A DNA stretch of 63,956 nt, filler included, from Sphacelaria rigidula (Eukaryota), in assembly GCA_964200075.2 (NCBI GenBank). It is 3 parts of 3 records of this genome, joined end to end, with 100 filler letters (N's around TTAATTAATTAA, not from the genome) between each part and the next. Parts side by side here need not be neighbours in the genome. Positions count along the whole stretch, not along the records: positions 1 to 21,495 come from CAXNAA020000413.1; 2 more parts are not named here. The stretch is one strand, 5' to 3'. A program made the position numbers and the translations under genes. The notes under the pieces were generated by a model. It had not been told where the DNA came from. It saw only the letters and a list, made by a program, of their open reading frames with translations, and searched no databases. Positions 1 to 10,409 of this stretch are shown piece after piece (position 1 is the first letter of the stretch; every line of letters starts with the position of its first letter).

Positions 1-110
1 ATTTTGCACCAATGTGCGAGGTAAGAGTTTTGTCCATTAATGATGCAGACACACCCGGCCGCTGAAAGCCATGAAAAGCCTACTCTCTATCGTATCGTAG
101 ATTCTCAATA

Positions 111-945
111 TCACGAAAACATTGTTACCATTAAATAGACGTCGCTACTGTTGGACTGTCTTTTGGAACGACAGTCTCGCATATGGTGACCAGGCTTACC
201 ACAGGAAAAACATTTTCCCGCGAATCGTGTAGGAGTTGAAGAATTATTAGTTGATGATGTCGCTATCATGGCAGAATCTCGACCGCGTACTCTTTTCGAC
301 AAAATTCCGCGTGCGACGCGATTGGAATACATATTCCTCATTGTCACTCCGATGTCGGAGATGCTGAAGTCAGGATCGCGCTCCGCATCATACTTGATCC
401 GATCATAGTCATCTGTCGAACCTTCCACCACGATATCCGTAAGCCTTTCATCTGATATAGGTTCACCCATGTACACCAGCTGGTCACGCAGTTCGTAGAC
501 CTTGGTCAGGAACACGTCAGAATCTTGCGCAGGTGACATTTCGATGTTATCTAGCTGACGCATAAGAATACGTCGCCGTTGCTTCGAAGAGTTGTCGTAT
601 TTACCCACCAGTGCCTCCCATGCAATTTTACCATTCGGTCTTGCATCGCCCTTCGGCTCGAAGCTTAGAAGAAAACGGCCCGCTGGGCCTAAAGTTGTCA
701 AGTAAAGAATATTGAACAACTGTTCATTACAGCGATCCCAATTCTCGATTTCAGGTCTGTTGGCCACAATTCTCACATGAGTGTCCTCCTGGGATAAGTC
801 CACTCCGCCACCAGCCGGGTCCTGAACTGAATCTCGTGTTGCTGGATCTCTTGGTTCTGCTGCTTCTTCTGATGCAGACGGTGCTGACCGATGTAGTCTC
901 AAGTCGAAGGTTGATGACCTGATGCCCTGGTCGCGAATCGAAGGC
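111..945 (-). pseudogene. gag: Ty1/Copia gag fragment with CCHC zinc knuckle, truncated at both ends
   Basis: Translation shows a Copia gag-type core (NGKIAWEALVGKYD...MRQLDNIEMSPAQDSDVFLTKVYELRDQLVYMGEPISDERLTDIVVEG) and the knuckle CFSCGKPGHHMRDC. No LTR or pol is adjacent. It abuts Gypsy sequence at ~950 and a dispersed repeat at ~135. Confidence 0.85.
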
Positions 946-949
946 TCAA

Positions 950-1634
950 AGGGCTTAGCCAGTATGTGTTGATCATGTTTGCGATCAAAACTCCGCCGTA
1001 TCATATGACGGTCGAGGATGCGGACGCACCCCTGGAACGCGTTGAGGTAGATAGGATTTCGGGTCATCAACTGGTTCGCGGTCGTGGAGGTAAGATAGCG
1101 GTAATGTATCAAACACATTGGAAGGATATCATGCGTGTTACATGGAAGCGTGAGGTTGATTTGCGTCATTTTCATCGGGAAATATTGCTCTACTGGGTAG
1201 GAGATACCGTCCAACACCGCCCGTTGAATAAGAGATATCGGTCGATGCGCAAGGGAGCTGCCGCTCGGGCATTGGCACGTGAATACTCAGCGCGGTTTGT
1301 TGTGACAGGCTTTAGCCTTCTTTCGCGTTCACAATACATGCAGTGTTTTCACGGAAACCGATTGCCGAAAGGGGCGTATTTTTGGTACAGTGCCTTGGAT
1401 TCACTGTGGTGGTTGGGAAAATTTCATTTGGTCGATCCTGCGTCTGACCACTTCTACGTTATCCGTTTCCTTGATGACCCGAGCCCCCCTAAGATTCGCT
1501 TGGATGATGCTTACTACACCGAGGAGCGGACCGCTCGGAGGGGACCCTGGTGCCTACAACGATACGACCATGGCGAACTCGAAACAGTCGTGCTACGGAA
1601 CACCGACACCGCTTGGGATGCAGATGACTCATGA
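950..1634 (+). pseudogene. Gypsy integrase C-terminal tail (chromodomain-like module plus extra Trp/Tyr-rich domain), element A
   Basis: QYVL...PPYHMT...VDRISGHQLVRGRGGKIAVMYQTHW...TW.REVDL...ILLYW...GAYFWY...WWLG...FLDDP is colinear with the integrase tail of the full element at 9108-9800. Confidence 0.85.
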
Positions 1635-4270
1635 TGCATCCGAGTCTGCTTCCCCAGTCACGTTGCGCAGTGTACCGCGTTCGAGTTGTTTGTCTTGCAC
1701 CGTAGCGTCGTTGGAAAACCATGTGTTCCCCCCCCCTCCCCCCCCTTCATTTTTTTCGTACTGATTAGCCCAGTACTTGTAGCGGTTGATGTTGTGTTTC
1801 GTATTTGGTTTTTGGTCTTTTGTTTTTGTTTTTTTGTATTTTGTCTTTGTTTTGTTTTTTGTAGGCTTGGACCCTGATTTTGTGTTTTGGTTTTCTTTGT
1901 TTTTGCGTCATTTGTTTTGATTTGTCTTTGTCTTTGTTTTTGTTTCGTTTTTTCTCTTCTTTTCTTCTCTTTTTGCCTCGTGCTTTGTTTTCAATTTTTT
2001 GTGTTCAATGGGTAATTTTCTTGGTTAATCCTGGGTTCATCTGGTAGAGTACAAGTGACGACCGTTCCATTCCTGACCCCGAGTCTGGAACCTTGAACCT
2101 CTGTCCTCCGCGGCGTACATTCACAACCATTCCGTCTACTAGAACAGTTGCCACGAGTTATTTATTTCTTCATTGTTTTGATTATATGCACATCTTGTCT
2201 TGCTTTGTTATTACATGGTTTTATTTTGACTTGTTTGTTTTGATGGAAGAGTTTCCGGAGCAAGCGCTAGCCATACCTGACGCATACGTCTGGAATATTT
2301 GCGCTCTTGTTCAATCGCTCCGCACGCGAACACCGCCTCCCTCTTCGGGACCGGTCATGACGTGCCTTTTTCTGTGTCATACGTTGTCGGTATTTTATTT
2401 TTTATTCTTGTCGTTTCGGTTGAGAGTTTCAGGAGCGAGCGCTGCATATATCTGACCTCCCCGTCTGGAATAATTGCGCTCTTGCCCAACCCCTCCGTAC
2501 ACACATACCGCCTCCCCCTTCGGGATCGGTCGTGACGTGTCCCCTTTTTGTGTGCGTACCACGCTAGTTTTGCATCAACATGGGCGATAGTAGCCGAAGC
2601 AGAATGCCTGAAATGTTTTGACCTTCTTGATTGCAACTTTTGACCCTACTTGCTTCATACACACGATAACCGCTCCCGTTTACAAGAACAGTTGCCACGT
2701 GTTGTTTCTCTGGTTTATGTTGTGGATATTTCGTTTTTGCTGTTACCCAGCGTGCCCCTGGTTTTTTGTTTATTTTTGGTGTTGATTTCTGCGTCTATGT
2801 CGGGAATTTGCCACGAGTGCTGCACCGTTCCTGACCCTTAAATCTGGAACACTTGGCCTATTGTTTTTGCGAATCCTGCGACGTGTAACCAACCTCGTTT
2901 ATAGGAGGGTCACGGGTGATGCGACGCGATGATCTATACTTGGTGGTTGGTAAGTTACAACGAGGTCACCACTGACCACGTCGTACATAGCGGTGTTACT
3001 TTTGTCATCAAGTCGCGGTATAATCGGTTGAGAACATCTCCTCATACAGGATCATCACGTATCATGATAAGGTAGATTGCTCTTCCGGAACTGTCCGTTC
3101 CGCCATGTCGATATTCGACCGTTGGTACAGCCTACAGGCTCAGAGTTCGCCACTCGCTATTTTCTTCTGTCACTTTCACCAGTTTTTTGCGTGCAATTAC
3201 TCGCCCCTAAAATCGGTCGGTGGTGTTTTGTTTTCATCAGGGATTTTTGGACAAATAACGTGAGGGTACAACCGGCTGTGTTTTTTACTCCAGTTTGTGT
3301 TCGAGCCAATCCAGTTTTAGTCCGAACGGACAAATACTGTGAGGAGTGGGCTGCGTTGGTCCTCTCTGTCCAGTGTATTTGACGTGGCTCAGAAACGTGT
3401 TGGGCAATCCGCCTCGGAAATACGTAGTAGGCCCGAAGGTTTTGTATTGACTCCACCACGTTTCTTTTGACGTGTACGGACACCTGACCTCACAAACCGG
3501 TCGGTTGTTTTCGTATCGTCGTGTGAGAAAAAAACAAATGCTGTACGGCTGGGTCATCAATCAGACGCCCCAAGCAAGTCGTTGCTTTCACAAACATGTA
3601 CCGACAGATAACTCACGTCAAACGGGTTGATATGTCCGTGTCATGCTAACTAGTATTTTCTATCAACGTATGATTTTCGCGGGAAACTACCAATTCCGCG
3701 ACGAAATCGGCTGTACATTGTTAGCCTTTTGCTTATTGACTGGGAAAAGTGATTAGCATGAACTTGGTTATCGAAGTGATATAATGCCTTGGCGGGCTTG
3801 CTCGTTTTCCCACCAATGACCTAAAACAAATCGGACATCCGGAAAAGAGTGAACTCTCTTTTCATCATATAGTTATGGCAGGGAAGGATAATCGTTTCAA
3901 AGGTAGGTCTCTGATTTCCTGTGGCTATCCCGGAAATGCTCACGACATTCTGAAGACACCGTATTTTGTGGTACATGGTTTTGATCGTTGATTTTGGATT
4001 TGATTTATTTCCCATGACTCCGTCTGAAGAGCTCACGGAACATGAGGAAACTGAATCATTGTATGGGTTCGATTTTTTTTTCTCTTTGCTTTGTGCTTGT
4101 GTTTGTACTTTCATTGTTTTGTGTTGAGCGCCCCTTCCCGTTCCCCGGACCAAAGAGGACTCGATCTTCAAATGGAGTTTCAGTTTTCTGTGGTGTTGGA
4201 GAGGTGTGGCTTGATGCAAGTTCGTCCCTTCTGAAAAGTGACTGCACTTGAACGATGCAGGGGGGGCTAA

Positions 4271-4880
4271 TGTGATGGTGAATGACTGAGTGCCTGAATT
4301 AAACTAGTTCTTTAGGATTTGCAAATGATCCCCAGAAACGACCGACGGTATGGAAAGATTCTAGTCGAATGTGTGTTGTATTAGGCAGGATTTGGATTGT
4401 GTTTATTCGTTGACGCAGCTGCTTGAAGCAGGGTACTATATTGTATACCCGATTAGCCTCGTGTACCTGCTGCTGCTACAGCTTTGATTGGCTAAAGGCA
4501 CGGCGCGTCACGGTGATTTTGTATTATGACAAGGTTGTAAGCGGGGCAGGAGGACGTACTGACAGAATAGCTCTCTCTTGCTGTTGTACCTCGCCTACCG
4601 AGGTCACTCGAACCATTGACCAGTGTTCAGGCCTCATTGGATATAAAGAAGAGCTTTTACTCGTCATCTACTCATCGATCTCCTGTCTTCAGTGTCGCGA
4701 GTCCACAGCCTTGGCGTGAGTCTTAGCTGTGCTGTACGATCACCCTCATCCACGATTGATATTGTATTCTGGCTTCGGGGCTGTGTGGTTTTCCCCTTTG
4801 TCAGCTGGGCTTTTGTATTGAGAGATTGAAACAGAAGTTTGAATCAAACAAGTCGAAGGATTGCTTGCTGACACCTCACA
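4271..4880 (+). repeat. Putative 3' LTR of element A
   Basis: Starts TGTGATGGTG 4 nt after the AGGGGGGG tract and ends CACCTCACA, an imperfect terminal inverted repeat with TG...CA ends. No second copy lies in the window. Confidence 0.55.
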
Positions 4881-5029
4881 AGGGTGTGGCTTGCTTGCGT
4901 TCGGCGTATACGGTTTTACTAGTCTGCGGTATTGCCTATATCGCCACACATCTGCCCTGCCAATTTGCGTCCAATGTGCGTCGCATCTTGTGGTGGCAGA
5001 TAGGGCCAACAGTCATGGGCGCTACCTCA

Positions 5030-5129
5030 CCCAAGTCGCCACGAGGAGGGTAGTCCATCTGGATTAGGCATATTTTTTCAAGGGGATTGATGCCGATTCA
5101 ACAGGTGACTTGCTCTCACCGTTTAAGGG
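5030..5129. mobile_element. ~100-bp piggyBac-like MITE, diverged copy
   Basis: Shares the internal TGATGCCGATTCA motif and the AAGGG end with copies at 5655, 31607, 31821, 31927 and 39165. Confidence 0.6.
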
Positions 5130-5321
5130 CCAATGTGGGTGGTTCAGCGTTCAGAACATGTCGATGAGGTGTATTATTGACAAGGGAAGCGGGCTGCCAT
5201 AAATGAACGGGCCCAGCGATGAAGTGTGCGACAACAGCGGCCGCAGATCCTATCAATACGGTTTCGACAACATCATGTCACCGGGGTGAGTTTGAAGCCC
5301 AGCGTATTGTGCGTTTCATGA

Positions 5322-5438
5322 CCCTTTTGCAACCCATGGACGATTCTTGTTTTTGTGAATCGGCATCATTTTCACACATTTTCGAGTCAAAATGATGCCG
5401 ATTCACAAAAACAAGAATCGTCGGTGGGTTCCAAAATG
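5322..5438. mobile_element. Palindromic (foldback) MITE related to the piggyBac-like family
   Basis: Perfect 34-bp inverted arms at 5339-5372 and 5389-5422, each containing GAATCGGCATCA. Starts CCCTT. Confidence 0.75.
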
Positions 5439-5654
5439 TCGTGGGGAAAAGATGCGTTCGTTCTATTCACTGCTGCTTGATTGATTGAATAAGTTTCTCG
5501 CTGTACCGACTGTGCCGTCATGTATTACCACACGGCATTGCCGTGGGCTGTGATTGTGGAGTGTACTGCACTGTGCCCTAGGATACGACGGTACGACGGT
5601 GCCTAAGATGATGTACTGCCTGCCTGCTCTTTGCTTCACTATCAGTAGAATTAG

Positions 5655-5753
5655 CCCCTAGACGGTGAGAGCAGTCCATCTTGACCGTGCATACTTTTCT
5701 CAAGTGAAAATTGATGCCGATTCAGCAAGTGACCAACCCTTACGCTCAAAGGG
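5655..5753. mobile_element. ~100-bp piggyBac-like MITE
   Basis: TTAG|CCCCTAGACGG...CAAAGGG|TTAA with the family's internal motif. Confidence 0.7.
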
Positions 5754-5757
5754 TTAA

Positions 5758-6070
5758 CCCTTGGGCCGCTCCTTGTAACAGATGGAAATAAAAATCTGGA
5801 GAAGTGACTTTTCGGAGCTTTGGCGTCGTTCACGCCCCAAAAGAGAGCTAGGCTGAGTTTGACATCGTGGAATGACTTGCTCTACTAGTTGAGGCGGTCC
5901 CGGGACATCTTCCCGTTTTCCGGTGGCCGCAGTTTTCATTTCGGCCAAACGAGTATTTTTGTCGAAGAACGGTGAAAAACAGTCAAGCCCAGACAAAAAT
6001 TGGCAATTTTTGGTAGATTTGACTGTTTATTACCATTTTCGGACAAAAGTTCTGGTTTTGTTCAGATCGA
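5758..6070. mobile_element. Non-autonomous DNA transposon end, related to ~62440-62880
   Basis: Begins TTAA|CCCTTGG. The block GCTAGGC...AATGACTTGCTCTACTAG is shared with 62546-62587. Confidence 0.5.
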
Positions 6071-6868
6071 AGCCCAGATCTTCGCACAGGTAAAAAGTGC
6101 GGCGGTTCTGGAAGTGGTTTATAGTCCAATATCTGTACTGCTGCGGACCAGACACACAGAGGTAGCACAGCGCCGATACACCTAGCCACAAAACCCCAAG
6201 GATAGACATTCACCACTCACGCGCATTAGCTCAAGCGCTAGCTCTTCATCATCTACACACGACAGCCTGTGTTTGACGGAAATCCGTCCAGTATTAGATG
6301 AAAGGCGACGGCGTGCGTGTCAAATAGCAACCGAAAACGTGCTGTTGCTGACTGTTTCTGAGCGTGTGCTGTGCGCGCGTCTCACACAAATCATCTTTCT
6401 CACTGGATTCTCAACTGATTTGAGCAAGGTCACGCACGGCGTGCTCAGCTGATGAGCAGCTATGAGTGGAGTGGTGTGTTTTGGTTTGGGTGGGCAATGC
6501 GATCCTCAGGTTCACGTATGATTGTCTTGACTTGTCTATCAAGACTTCGGTTATGCCTCTGTCAACGGCATGTTTTGTGTTCCCGTTCGAGGTGTCACAA
6601 AATCACTTTTACAAAAGTGATTTTTTGGCACTTTTCGGGGGGCAGGGTGATATCGCAGCAACCAATTATCGGTCGTTTCTCACTAAAGAGATTTCTTGAA
6701 AAGTGATCATTACTTTTGATAAGACCCCGCCTCAATACTCCAAACTTCCATGGTCGTGTTTCGTGTTCCTATTTCGTTGCGGGTATGATAAGTAAAATGT
6801 TCCATTTTATCATATTTATTTATAGGTGGTTCTATATCTATGTTGTTTTCAAACATGTGCCTGAGGCC

Positions 6869-7050
6869 GTGTCTTATCAAATTGTTTCCGTGTCGAAAAC
6901 GTGCGGTCGAATCGAATTCGCTCGTTTCTGATTCGTCCACGCTGCTCGTTTCCTCAGATGGTTGAGAACATGAATGCCGTGAACGTATCAGGTACGAGCA
7001 AAATCGATTCCACCGTACGTTTTCGAGTCGAAATGTTTTTGATAAGACAC
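6869..7050. repeat. Imperfect inverted repeat with ~72-bp arms, likely internal to a DNA transposon
   Basis: GTGTCTTATCAAA...TCGAAAACGTGCGGTCGAATCGA pairs with TCGATTCCACCGTACGTTTTCGA...TTTGATAAGACAC. Confidence 0.65.
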
Positions 7051-7943
7051 GACCTGAGACTAGTACACTTGTACAGCGTGCAACCGGTACCAGTAGTTCG
7101 ACAAGAGTTTCAATGTCGACTCACCCTAGATAATGTGGAAAGAGGTGGCAGCTCGTAGCTTGTAGCTCGTAGCTTGTAGCTTGCCGGGCGAAAGGCCAAC
7201 GGCAACAATGCCCTGTGTCCAGAGGCTACAACGCCCTACTACTGCTGTATCATCATAAGCGCAGTGGCATTTATTTGTTGTTTTCGTGCATGGATTAGGG
7301 TGTAGTAGGTGTGCGTGTGTATGTCCTAGCTCTGTGTACTCGTTCCTGCTGAAAAGCGGCGCAATTCGTCCGGGACTGTCACACACAGACGTGACGGACA
7401 AATCTGGGGTGTGGTTGCATATATCCGGCTCATATGCGAAAAAAAAGGAAAGAAAGAATTCAAGCTAAACTGCTGGTTCGTCTTCCTCCGTTACCCCAAG
7501 CTAAATCTCAACCTCTGTGACCTATTTGATACATCGACCCTTCCACAATCCCCCTCACATTAGCCTAGATTATTCACAATCGTACCCGTCCCACAAACCG
7601 CAGATCCCGCTACGCTCCGATCATCCACTTAGGGCCATCCCCACCTGCCTCAAACCCTAGTTTTCCTCACATAACTTTCTTCACCCTCTCAAGTGGTAGA
7701 CAAATCTTATCTAAATACCGGTTATCATTATGATATTCGCAACAAACGATTGTTTCCGATCGTTGCGTAATACCTCTGCTGGATACGAGTATACATTCGG
7801 AAACGCAACCAGTGGGTGTCAAAGACTACGCAGCTAGACCTGGACGTGTAATGGGGTGATGGCGGAGTACACGTCGACTCAACGAACAACGCACAACGGT
7901 GTGTTTACATAAACAATGGTACTTTTGATTGGAAAGGCGCCGG

Positions 7944-8352
7944 TGTTGTAGTGTTGAGCAGGATGCACCCTCTTGGTGCAAGCCAGTCGGGTCAGAGGTC
8001 AGATACGTCGGAGGCCAACGCTGACAGTTCTGTCCTCACAAGGGATCGGGCTACAGACGTGTCCAAATGAGTCAACACCACAATAGCTTCACGCAGTAAG
8101 CTATACCCACTTAGTACAAAAGACTCTTGTTCACTCGTATTCGTTATCGCTCCTTTCAATGCTCTCTCAGCTGCTCTCCGGCTATAGCAATGGCTTAACA
8201 ATCGGCTCCACCCGGGCGCGTACATAGCAGGAGGGCTCGAGGACGCATCTCTGTACTTTTTATCAGTCTCACATCCGGCCTAGTCAAGCTTGATCAGACC
8301 CGCAACTATAGAATCCCAGATTCGATCATATACGCCTCCTAGCTTTATGAGA
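7944..8352 (-). repeat. 3' LTR of element B (409 bp)
   Basis: Direct repeat of 20176-20578. By eye it differs by about 18 substitutions and one 6-bp indel. The purine-rich GGATGGGCGAG lies just upstream on the minus strand. Confidence 0.95.
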
Positions 8353-9107
8353 CTCGCCCATCCAGAAGAACCCCAATTACAGTTGCGATGAAAATCTCGA
8401 AAAGCAACGAAAATCGAGGTGTTTCTCCTCGTCAAGTCATGAGAAACAAGGAAGGCGAACTCGATGCCATAAACGCACTCGGCCATAGTGGCTAAAAAAA
8501 GTAAGGTACACCCCACACGACGAGGGCAACATCCACTCCGTTGCCCGAACCTCCCACACCTCAAACAAGGTAAGCGGAATCTGCTACCAAAAAGCTCAAG
8601 TGCGCTTGAAGACGCCACAATGCTGCTGCGGGCTGGCGAACTCGACAGACGAACATAAAAATGCTTCGGCGTGCTAGCCAAAACAAAGAGGCAAAAGGGA
8701 AATCATACCAGGGGTACAACGTCTACGTGGGTACCAAGGTCAACCGCCAAAAAATGCATCACATGCGGCGAGCACGTGGCGGCTGAGGAAAGCAAGGGAA
8801 TCAGCAACTCCAAAACTGCAAGCGGTCCAGCGTCAGTCATACAAACCAACAGCCAAAATGCGAAAAGCTCCAGTAGCCGAGGATGGAGATGCGCCTGGCA
8901 AGGTCCAGTCGTGGTCAGACGTTGGGCGCTGAGGAAGCTCCGGTTGCAAGGTGTTGAAGGAGTTGGCGGGCGGCCTGGTGTGTCCTGAGTGATTGGAGAA
9001 GGGGAAAAAACAAAAATGTATATTTATCTAAAATACAGCGACAGAGGAAGAGAAGAAAAGAAAAAGGGAAAACGTCGAGGAGGAGGAGGGAAGAGGGCTG
9101 TGTAAGC

Positions 9108-10385
9108 TCAAAGCGGTGCGTTGATATCGTGTGTGCGATCGATGTTATGTTGAATTCCACGACGGAGGCCTTTGGACTTGTGTCGCTGAAGAAACCAAGA
9201 TCCTCGTGGTGCGGATGGACTGGTGGTATAGAGCTCTGGGCGGAGCTTGAGCTACACGGGTCCGGGGTCATCGATGAAGCGCACGATGTATGTGTCAGGC
9301 GCGATGAGGTCTGTGGAGTGGGTCTGGCCTAGCCACCAGAGGTTGTCGCTTCCTTTGTACCAAAAGTAGGCACCTTCGGGCAGAACTTCCTGTTTCGCGC
9401 GGATCTTTTCTTCCCAATGTTTGGCGGCTACTAATTCATAGCCGTCAGCGGCAAAGCGTAAACCTTTGTCACGGTGGAGTTCGCGTGCTGCTGCGCCGCG
9501 GCGCATGTTGCGATATGTCTTGTTGTTAGCAAGATGTTGCTGCTGAGGTTGTGTCCAGTACAGGAGAATAGCTCGGCGGTGCAACTGAAGGTCGGGTTCG
9601 CGTTCCCAAGACGCTCTCCGAAGGCCTCGCCAGTGAATTTTGTACATGACAGCAATCTTACCGCCTCGACCGCGAGTGATCTGGTGACCAGAAATGTGGG
9701 ACACGGCGAGACGAAGGGGTTGTCCCGCCCAATCGTGGGTAGTAACGTGATAGGGCGGTGATTTCGCCGAATAGCCCTTAAGTACGTACTGCGTAAGACC
9801 GGCAGACAGATATTTGGGCATGTCTCTAGTGTCATGCGAGTTGCTGCAAGGTTTACAACGGTACACAGAGACGCGAGATTTGGCGTCATGTCCTTGAAGA
9901 TCGCGAGGAAGATCGAGATAAAGGACTTTGTCACCGACAGGTTTGCCATCGGGTGAAGATGGCGAGGGTCCTACTGTCAGAATCTTGAATGGTCCTCTCC
10001 AGTTGAGGGATAGCTTAGTCTTCAAGACTGTTTTGTTGGCAGCTCTGTCAGCGCCTTGACGAATGGTTGACAAACTGTTGTTGTAAACCCAGAACCAATC
10101 GCCAACCTTCCAAGTAGGTCGTTTGTGCATCAGATTGTGGAGAGCATTATTAGATCTCTCAAGGCGCGAGGCGTTGATAGCGTGTTGTTCACGCACGAGA
10201 GTGAAAGCTTTGCGCTGGCGTGCACGCGCCAGATCATGGTAGGATATCTGATCCTGATCGAAGCCTTGGTGGCCATCGATGGTGTGTCTCTCAAACACGG
10301 TGATGGGCAAACGCCGGTAGCGGCCGAGATGTAACTCGTTCGGAGAAAGACCGGTAGCAGCGTTGACGGAGTTTTTATAAGACAA
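9108..10385 (-). pseudogene. Integrase C-terminal region: GPY/F-like segment, chromodomain-like module and extra domain; premature TAG at 9252-9254
   Basis: KLSLNWRGPFKIL, then AVSHISGHQITRGRGGKIAVMYKIHWRGLRRASWEREPDL...ILLYW, then GAYFWY...WWLG...YIVRFIDDPGPV*LKLRPELYTT...RGSWFLQRH. Homology to element A continues past the stop to TGA at 9108-9110. Confidence 0.85.
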
Positions 10386-10409
10386 CAGTACATGTGAGAG
10401 ATGGAGATC

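Larger units (their letters stand above)
950..4880 (+). mobile_element. 3' half of Gypsy LTR retrotransposon A
   Basis: Integrase tail, ~2.6-kb spacer, G-rich PPT-like tract at ~4259-4266, then a putative LTR. Confidence 0.7.

Noticed and set aside
946-1217. N-terminal ~90 aa of the 368-aa ORF 111-1217
   Set aside because: It is the antisense read of the Gypsy integrase tail and not part of gag.
4024-4052. CTGAAGA...GAAAC hammerhead-like core
   Set aside because: Stem II is out of register, and no stem III, NUH or stem I partner is present.
7320-7405. Possible downstream exon (ICPSRLCVTVPDELRRF...) of the AT-hook gene
   Set aside because: It lies across a synthetic gap and has no homology support.
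7992-8225. ORF MYAPGWSRLL..., repeated at 20143-20451
   Set aside because: It lies inside the LTRs, so its recurrence is just LTR duplication.
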